From assembly GCA_963733675.1 (NCBI GenBank), contig CAVTET010000002.1, forward strand, positions 1 through 14,081: 14,081 bases of DNA. The letters are read 5' to 3'. Made by a program: the position numbers and the translations under genes. Numbering within the stretch: the first letter of the stretch is position 1; each line of letters starts with the position of its first letter. Positions 8,282 through 14,081 of the stretch are shown here, piece after piece. The DNA is from an uncultured Methanosarcinaceae archaeon (lineage in GTDB: Archaea > Halobacteriota > Methanosarcinia > Methanosarcinales > Methanosarcinaceae). Under the pieces are notes generated by a model. It made no database searches, was not told where the DNA came from, and saw only the letters and a program-made list of their open reading frames with translations.

Positions 8282-9063
8282 TTGTATAGAATATTTATCA
8301 ATCTGCTGGTTCAGAAGTATCAGTCCGTGGGGGGTATTTTTAAACAATTGCCGGGAAACAATCATGTTAAATTCAATTGCATATTGTTTCAGACAGTTGC
8401 CAGTATAGACAGGGAAAAAGCAGAAAGATTAGATCAAGAATGGAGAGAAAACGGGGGACGATGTCCCCTGATAGCTGAAGACACGGAAGACATCAAAATA
8501 CATAAGAAGACAAACAAAGATGACTTCTGTATAAACGATTTCAGTAGCAACGATAATAATATAGTCTATATAAATAAAGATATCAGAAGACAAGAAATAA
8601 AAGAGAAGATAGGAGAACAGAATTATACTCCCAATTTAGAATACCCCCCAGCAGTTGTAAATAATGAACAAGAAAAAGATGAAAAAATATTTTCTTACAA
8701 GTAAATGGAAAAAGTCTGTCTTCTGGTGAAATTCAGGGAAAAGTGTGCCAACAGCTATCGAAAAGCAGAATACAAACTGATTGTCTTTCGGTGTCTTCTG
8801 ATGTCTTCACTACCCCTAATTTGTCTTCTGAAGCAATTGTAGACACTGATGAACAAAGACATGTTGATAATTCAGATTTAGCTCCGCTACTTAGAAAAGC
8901 ATTAAACAAACTTGCTAACTCTAATGAATATAATGGTGTAGTAGAAGACATAGACGCTTTTGTAAGTGTATTTAACGAAAGGACCCCTTAATACAAAATA
9001 CGGTTTGGCCAGTGGGCGGTATTATATAACGCAGAAAAACAGAAAGCTAGGGATTGGAAGTAA
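8282..9063 (+). pseudogene. Degraded C-terminal remnant of a probable mobile-element replication protein
   Basis: ORFs 8282-8704 and 8743-8991 join through a frameshift near the A6 run at 8682-8687 (...EKDEK/NIFLQVNGKSLSSGEIQGKVCQQ...). Reading through TAA 8989-8991 continues as YKIRFGQWAVLYNAEKQKARDWK* (TAA 9061-9063). The replication role is inferred only from the internal repeats and context. Confidence 0.55.
8477..8950. repeat. Intragenic convergent heptamer array GAAGACA / TGTCTTC, candidate second origin
   Basis: GAAGACA at 8477, 8486, 8506, 8586 and 8944. TGTCTTC at 8717, 8792, 8802 and 8822. Variants TGACTTC at 8521 and TGTCTTT at 8782. Confidence 0.7.
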
Positions 9064-9067
9064 TAGT

Positions 9068-9122
9068 CCTAGATATTAAAAAGTTGACCTTATAAGTTGT
9101 AGGGATTTTCACCCTACAGCTT
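9068..9122. repeat. Conserved structured element copy B (motif plus first hairpin only)
   Basis: CCTAGATATTAAAAAGTTGACCT (9068-9090) versus CCTAGATGTCAAAAAGTTGATCT (6731-6753) is 20/23 identical. It is followed by an 11-bp stem AAGTTGTAGGG 9094-9104 / CCCTACAGCTT 9112-9122 and starts 4 nt after the stop at 9063. Confidence 0.7.
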
Positions 9123-9433
9123 GCGCACTTATCTACTTTGATGATATATGGGATGCTGTTGCAAATATAATTAAATTTAGTAAATTATATACTTTTGCTA
9201 ATATATTATTCGAATCTAAATGATTTAGTATTAACATTAGTGGTTCTTATTTCAGAATTATGGTAGATACATCCTTTCTAGGCAATCGATGACTACATCT
9301 CAACCCCAAAAGCATGTTTACACTTCCTGTAATAGGAGAATTGCATTTAATTCCTGAAAATGCCTAGATTGTCCCGCAATCGATCTTTTTATGCTTTATT
9401 TAATTGGTGTAGGTGAACAGGCGCAAATCTGAA

Positions 9434-9572
9434 ATGTCAAAAAAGTTGATCTTGTAGCCGCAGGTGTCAGCTGCCTGCAGCCTGTTGGAGAATCTATTGC
9501 AAGGTACTGGAATACCTATACTATATAACAAGATTTAATTAATAATATACTTTTTGCATATATACTATATAG
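9434..9572 (-). ncRNA. Conserved structured element copy C (candidate ~90-nt sRNA)
   Basis: ATGTCAAAAAAGTTGATCT at 9434-9452; stem GCCGCAGG 9457-9464 / CCTGCAGC 9474-9481; stem AGGTA 9502-9506 / TACCT 9513-9517. Block 9544-9572 matches 6844-6872 at 24/29 nt. Confidence 0.5.
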
Positions 9573-9955
9573 TCTAGTTTTGAATAAATAGTATAGAACA
9601 TAAGTGAAAACCTAGCTAAAAACCAAATGGATTATCCCCCTTTACTTTATTTATATCTGATAAAAGTGATAAAAACATATAAAAAATATCGAGAACCTAC
9701 CCAAAGTTCTGATTATGTACGAGCCTGGGGAATTGAATTGGTCAAAAGAACGACTTAATCTGAGCTCACTAGTGAGACTTTTATTAAAAGTTCAATGAAT
9801 TAATCATTGCCTTTCCAAAAAAATGGTCCACCGAGCCTGAGAATGGCGTATTGTGGATTTGACGTGTATAACCCATTTCCATACAGAACAAAATGAACTA
9901 AATGTTCAAATATAATACTGATTAATATTAATTATAAAGTAAAAACGGTGATAAT

Positions 9956-10386
9956 ATGGCTCGTCCTTCGAAACTGACTCCTGATATACAAAAAAGAATT
10001 GGCGATAATATTGCTTTAGGACACACATACCGGTTGGCTGCAGAATCAGTTGGTGTCACATATAAAACATTCAATGAATATATGAACAGGGGACAGACAG
10101 AGAAATCTGGGAAATATTTCCAGTTTTATAAATATATTCAAAAATGCAATGCTGATGCCGCAAAAGTTCTTTTGAACGCATAAACGAAGCAGCCAAAAAT
10201 GGTAACATGCAAATGTGTACTTGGATACTTGAACGCCGTTTTGCGTCAGACTTTGGACGCCGGGTCTATAAGAAAACAAATATTGTATCTGATAATCAAA
10301 ATGTGAGTGTTGAGATAGCATTCAATGATGCAGATGGCATTAGGGCACAAATTATAGAGAAGTTTGCATTGGGCAGAGATAATTAA
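9956..10386 (+). pseudogene. Frameshifted phage terminase-small-subunit-like HTH protein (~143 aa when repaired)
   Basis: MARPSKLTPDIQKRI...AAESVGVTYKTFNEYMNRG forms an HTH. After a 1-nt deletion at about 10170-10173 the other frame continues ERINEAAKNGNMQMCTWILERRFASDFGRRVYKK...FALGRDN* (TAA 10384-10386). The W-x-LERR-x(4)-FGR motif is typical of TerS-like HTH proteins. Confidence 0.7.
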
Positions 10387-10421
10387 AAATTTTTTATTCT
10401 ATTGTGTAATTATAACGGGAG

Positions 10422-10760
10422 TTACCAAAATCGCCACCATGGTTTCTTTGCTCCCGGAGCTTCAATTGTTTTTTGATTTAGGATAGTTTGAACTTGTATC
10501 ATATAGTTATTATGGATACTTTTTAAATCATCTATTTCTTTTCTCAAAAACTCAATTTCGATCTGCTGTTCCTGTATCCGACCATTGTCCGGCGCTGTCT
10601 GGCAGTTGTCGCACGGATCATTTGCTCTGATTAATAAGTCTAGCCCTTTGATTATAGCTTCTGTCGGACTATCATACCCCAGTTGTCGCACAGATTCAAG
10701 AGTTATAACTGAGATGCGAACACTTATCTTACGTTTCTCATCTGCCATATTATCTGGCAT
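10422..10760 (-). CDS. Small DNA-binding protein: ribbon-helix-helix N-terminus, coiled coil and amphipathic KKPWWRFW tail
   Basis: Alternating beta-strand KRKISVRIS followed by two helices (ITLESVRQLG; SPTEAIIKGLDLL); coiled coil QEQQIEIEFLRKEIDDLKSIHNN; C-terminus IEAPGAKKPWWRFW. Confidence 0.75.
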   Translation of the reverse strand: MPDNMADEKRKISVRISVITLESVRQLGYDSPTEAIIKGLDLLIRANDPCDNCQTAPDNGRIQEQQIEIEFLRKEIDDLKSIHNNYMIQVQTILNQKTIEAPGAKKPWWRFW

Positions 10761-10828
10761 ATGTCAGGCATTTAATATAAAGTGTCGCACGTTATTTGGA
10801 AAGAATATTATGTCCGAAACGGTCCGGC
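10586..10828. repeat. TGTCNGGC / TGTCGCAC octamer repeats inside and upstream of the RHH gene
   Basis: TGTCCGGC 10586, TGTCTGGC 10596, TGTCGCAC 10607, TGTCGGAC 10662, TGTCGCAC 10684, TATCTGGC 10751, TGTCAGGC 10762, TGTCGCAC 10783, TGTCCGAA 10811, GGTCCGGC 10821. Confidence 0.65.
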
Positions 10829-10882
10829 ACGGTAATGCCAATTGAAAAGTTGATTTTTATAAGAAAACCGTGTCGATCTCAG

Positions 10883-10963
10883 ACTCATGGAGCTTTTGGA
10901 CCTCATGGAGCTTATGGAACTCCTAAAACATCTGGAGCTCCTGGAACACTTGGAACTAATTAA
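10883..10963 (+). repeat. Eight degenerate 9-bp tandem repeats encoding a collagen-like Gly-X-Y 3' gene remnant
   Basis: actcatgga gcttttgga cctcatgga gcttatgga actcctaaa acatctgga gctcctgga acacttgga. One frame reads H-GAF-GPH-GAY-GTP-KTS-GAP-GTL-GTN* (TAA 10961-10963). Confidence 0.65.
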
Positions 10964-11232
10964 CCCAAACACCCATTGTAAATAGAAAAATAAAGAAATA
11001 ATAATTATATAGTACTCAAAACAAAATTAAAAATACGAATAAACGAAATCAAAACTCAATTTTTCAATACTTTAGTCTCAATTAATAAATTTCTAATAAA
11101 TTCTCTATCTCTTTACTTTCAATGAGAACTAATTTTTTAATGTGTCTTGATGCTGTTTACGTCAATATATCTGAATATTAGTTGAATAGCAACCGTTCAT
11201 CACAAATCAGAATTTTTTAGGGAGCTACACAA

Positions 11233-12249
11233 ATGTTCCAGACTGAACCTACAATTTGCCTCCAACACCTTGGAAACCAATTTTTTACACATCTAATGCA
11301 GCAAATAACTCAAATGGGATATCCCTCGTCAATAGTGCCCATCATAGTTATAGCTATTTTTGGCATTGATTTTAAAAAAAGTTTTCTTCTGTTTCAGCTA
11401 TTTATGTGGACAGACCTGGTTACCGATATTCTAAAAATATTAGTCGGATTTCCAAGGCCTTATTATGTGGATAAAAGGGTCATTAACCTAGAAAATAACA
11501 TAACAAGTACATCGAGTTTTAGTGGGAATAGAATAAAAGGCATTTTTGCTCTTCCTGACAACCAGATTCTTAACACATTTCGTCTTCAAGAAGCTTTTAA
11601 ACCTGGTTCTCTTGGTTTTCCTTCAGGGCACGTGTCGCTTACAACCGCACTATGGGGAGGGGATGCAACTGTTTTCAACAATCGGTTAATCAAAATATTA
11701 ACTCCTTTCGCAATGGTATTGATGGCATTTTCAAGAGTATACCTAGGGAAACATTTCATAGGAGATGTTGTAGGTGGAGCTATTGTCGGATTAATTTCCA
11801 TAGTAGTTTTTGCGTATTTCCTGAAAAGCTCTCTGAGACAAGATTTTTTTAAAAAAGAGAGTTTTGAATTGGCTTTCAGACATGAGAATTTATTTTTTTA
11901 CTGTTTTATGTTCGTTATTCCTATTATACTCATAGCATTCTCTCTGATAGGCTCTCATCCTTTAAACACTGATATGGGATATTTACTTGGCATGAATGTC
12001 ACATATCTCCTTATTATGAGAAAAGGAATACCAGATGACACCGGAACTGCGGGACAGCGGGCTACACGGGTGTTTATCGCGCTCCTGCTGTTTGAAGTGC
12101 CAAAAATAATTCTCAGCTGCGTGTTTTGTACAAATTACTTATTTGCAATAGAATTTCTGAAAACCTTCATTCCTGCATCTACAATCTGGGTTTCGGTAGT
12201 CATCTGCGAAAAATTTAACCTATATAAAAGAAATGAAGAAAGTTTATGA
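11233..12249 (+). CDS. Membrane PAP2-family phosphatase (phosphoesterase)
   Basis: C1 KILVGFPRP, C2 GFPSGH and C3 SRVYLGKHFIGDVVGG motifs, several transmembrane segments, and GGGAG upstream of the ATG. Confidence 0.93.
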   Translation: MFQTEPTICLQHLGNQFFTHLMQQITQMGYPSSIVPIIVIAIFGIDFKKSFLLFQLFMWTDLVTDILKILVGFPRPYYVDKRVINLENNITSTSSFSGNRIKGIFALPDNQILNTFRLQEAFKPGSLGFPSGHVSLTTALWGGDATVFNNRLIKILTPFAMVLMAFSRVYLGKHFIGDVVGGAIVGLISIVVFAYFLKSSLRQDFFKKESFELAFRHENLFFYCFMFVIPIILIAFSLIGSHPLNTDMGYLLGMNVTYLLIMRKGIPDDTGTAGQRATRVFIALLLFEVPKIILSCVFCTNYLFAIEFLKTFIPASTIWVSVVICEKFNLYKRNEESL

Positions 12250-12823
12250 GTAAGCCAGTTGACTTAACTTCAAAGTGCTGTGGAATGCAAAGCAAATGCA
12301 TGTTGTGGGTTGTATAGAAAAAATATCGGATTTCAAAGAAACTAAATAAAAAAGTTTATAATGTACTAGACCAAATATTGTTTTGTCGAACAGACAAACA
12401 AATCCTCATACAGTAAATTCGATACTGTTGATGTGTTAGCATAGCAGTATTAATCTCTCCAAATTCATAATACACTTTGATTTCCATAATAGTTAATTTT
12501 TGCAACGTAAGACCCATCCCCATGATGGACTCTATATCATTTTTTTGCCACACAAACAGAGTCCAGAGTCAATGAGTAGGATAACAAAGCTGGTATTCTA
12601 ATGCAGAGTTTTTGCTATAAAACCTATGTATCAGTGAAAGCAATACAGGAGCTTTATCAATACCATAATTAACTTATCTCCTTCTTTTGAAACAAAAAAA
12701 CCGAGTTATCATTTTTTTCCCGAACTTTGAGTACACCGATTTCTTGTACTTTAATACTTGAAATGTAGGATGATATAAAAAAGAAATAATAATTTCCTGC
12801 ATATACACTAAAAAGGTGTAGAA

Positions 12824-12982
12824 ATGAAAGCTGGAGTTTTAGTTTCTCATATTCTGTTATTAACCACAACACTTTTTTTACTTTTCACAATAGTTCCAGC
12901 AGCTGAATACAAAATAGTTAATATAGAAGTTAATGCAGAGAATAACGAAGGAAATGCTAAAATAGGATTTAATAAAGCTTGA
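12824..12982 (+). CDS. Small (52 aa) signal-peptide-bearing protein
   Basis: MKAGVLVSHILLLTTTLFLLFTIVPAAEYKIVNIEVNAENNEGNAKIGFNKA*. AGGTG RBS-like sequence upstream and a terminator-like hairpin downstream. Not in the ORF track. Confidence 0.5.
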   Translation: MKAGVLVSHILLLTTTLFLLFTIVPAAEYKIVNIEVNAENNEGNAKIGFNKA

Positions 12983-13000
12983 AATGAGCTAAATAATTAA

Positions 13001-13032
13001 AAAGGGGTTATTACAGTTCCCCTTTATTTTTT
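13001..13032. terminator. Hairpin with flanking A/T tracts between convergent small genes
   Basis: AAAGGGG 13001-13007 / CCCCTTT 13019-13025 with an 11-nt loop, followed by ATTTTTT and preceded by an A-run. Confidence 0.55.
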
Positions 13033-13229
13033 GCCGACATTACTTTATGCACTTGTGGGATTTGGTAAGTTCCATTTAATACCTTGGACCTGGTAGATAC
13101 ATTTTATATATCACATAAAAATTTCCATTGGGTGTGGATAGCCAATTTGATTCTTTTCTAGAAGGTTCACCGTGTTTGATGTAATGTCCAGGGAACTGTC
13201 TAGATTTACCATGTAACACATTTTTATAT

Positions 13230-13490
13230 TCAGATTATATAGCTGCCACATCCACCGTATCCGATGCCGTAACCGCAGCTGCCATACCAGGGATATCCAA
13301 AGCCATAGCCCCAGCCGCCATACCAGGGATATCCAAAGCCGTAACCCCAGCCACCGTAGCCACCCCAGCCACCGTAGCCGCCATGGCCCCAATGGGCCGC
13401 CGCGTGCACTAGCTGCAACTGCTGACAAAGATGTTACAAATAAAATGCCAGTAAAATGGCAAGTACCTTTTTCATACTGAGTTTCAACAT
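13230..13490 (-). pseudogene. Gly/Tyr/Trp-rich small secreted protein with two compensating frameshifts
   Basis: GGAG RBS then ATG 13490 (second ATG 13475) gives MLKLSMKKVLAILLA. A shifted frame gives LFVTSLSAVAASARGG. The original frame resumes as HWGHGGYGGWGGYGGWGYGFGYPWYGGWGYGFGYPWYGSCGYGIGYGGCGSYII*. As sequenced there is an in-frame TAA at 13436-13434. Confidence 0.75.
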
Positions 13491-14081
13491 TTATTCCACT
13501 CCTTTTATTATATTTATAAGATAATATTTTTAGCCTTATCTTTGAATCATTGCTCTATCGATTAATAGTGAAACCAAACTTAACCGGCCTGCTAGTAAAA
13601 AGACAAGCATCTTTGTTACTGAGCAGCAATCATTAGTAATGTTTTAATTATATATAAATATTATTAGATTAATAAAAAAATAAATGTAGAAGAGTTCACG
13701 AATGAATCCACACGTTTAAAAAGCGTATTTCTGCATTAAAATGGAAAAAAATAAAGCATCAAATACCCTTCAATAAAATTCAAAAATGTAATTAACAACA
13801 TAATTCCTATAATAACCCACCAGCACTACACTAACTGTGACTATGTGCTGAACCCTCACACTAACCAATGGATTGAAATGCTAATCAATGTGTATAGGCA
13901 CCTATAATATATTCAAGTTTTAAGACCAGCTCCACTTTCAAGACAATGTTTCTAAGCATCTATAAATTCCAATTGGCTCTGTATCACTTTACTTCATCAA
14001 AAAATAGAATCCAGATCCGACAATTATTATTAACACATCTTATGCTTTTTCGTTTTCCTGATGCACAGTTTTTGTGTGTAA

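Larger units (their letters stand above)
3830..10863. mobile_element. Degraded integrated plasmid/provirus-satellite-like region (probably two related element remnants with YVTN cargo between them); boundaries approximate
   Basis: Helicase plus primase, two iteron-like arrays, TerS-like and RHH genes, a repeated intergenic module, several pseudogenes and truncated genes at both edges. No integrase or att site was identified. Confidence 0.6.

Noticed and set aside
8328-8650. 11-bp inverted repeat TGGGGGGTATT (8328-8338) / AATACCCCCCA (8640-8650), considered as MITE ends
   Set aside because: Low complexity, no target-site duplication, and the reading frame runs through it.
9277-9384. TCTAGGCA/TGCCTAGA inverted repeat and GCAATCGAT direct repeat
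   Set aside because: Only 8-9 bp with no counterpart near the other element copies; not interpretable.
8733-11852. ORFs 8733-8951(-), 10046-10321(-), 10585-10845(+), 11586-11801(-) and 11652-11852(+)
   Set aside because: They overlap better-supported genes or pseudogenes on the other strand or in another frame.
12356-12872. Minus-strand ORFs 12356-12553 and 12669-12872, plus an AGGAG-ATG near 12666
   Set aside because: No recognisable motifs, and the RBS-led frame stops after 11 codons. Possibly decayed coding DNA but unsupported.

Overview
AT-rich accessory region, probably from a Methanosarcina-like methanogen; this is inferred from the thi4 N-terminus, the HisKA_2 PAS/GAF kinase, the YVTN surface protein and the KKPWWRFW-tail protein. 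Intact host-type genes are a GAF-PAS-PAS histidine kinase, a secreted YVTN beta-propeller and a PAP2 phosphatase. Between about 3.83 and 10.86 kb lies a decaying mobile-element region with no integrase or capsid gene visible. It holds two different replication modules. The first is a 5'-truncated UvrD/SF1 helicase coupled to a single-chain PriS-PriL[4Fe-4S] primase, followed by a TGTAACGGG/CCCGTTACA iteron-like array. The second is a frameshifted gene remnant with an internal GAAGACA/TGTCTTC array. A conserved AAAAAGTTGAYCT + hairpin element occurs three times with compensatory changes. In its two long copies it reads on the minus strand as TATA-like box, two hairpins and a U-tract, i.e. a candidate ~90-nt sRNA. 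The region also carries a frameshifted terminase-small-subunit-like HTH gene and an RHH/coiled-coil/WWRFW protein embedded in phased TGTC repeats, a candidate one-protein partition system. Several pseudogenes are present: a thi4 5' stub, a collagen-like 3' stub and a doubly frameshifted Gly/Tyr/Trp-rich secreted peptide. All family calls come from motif recognition by eye; no searches were run.
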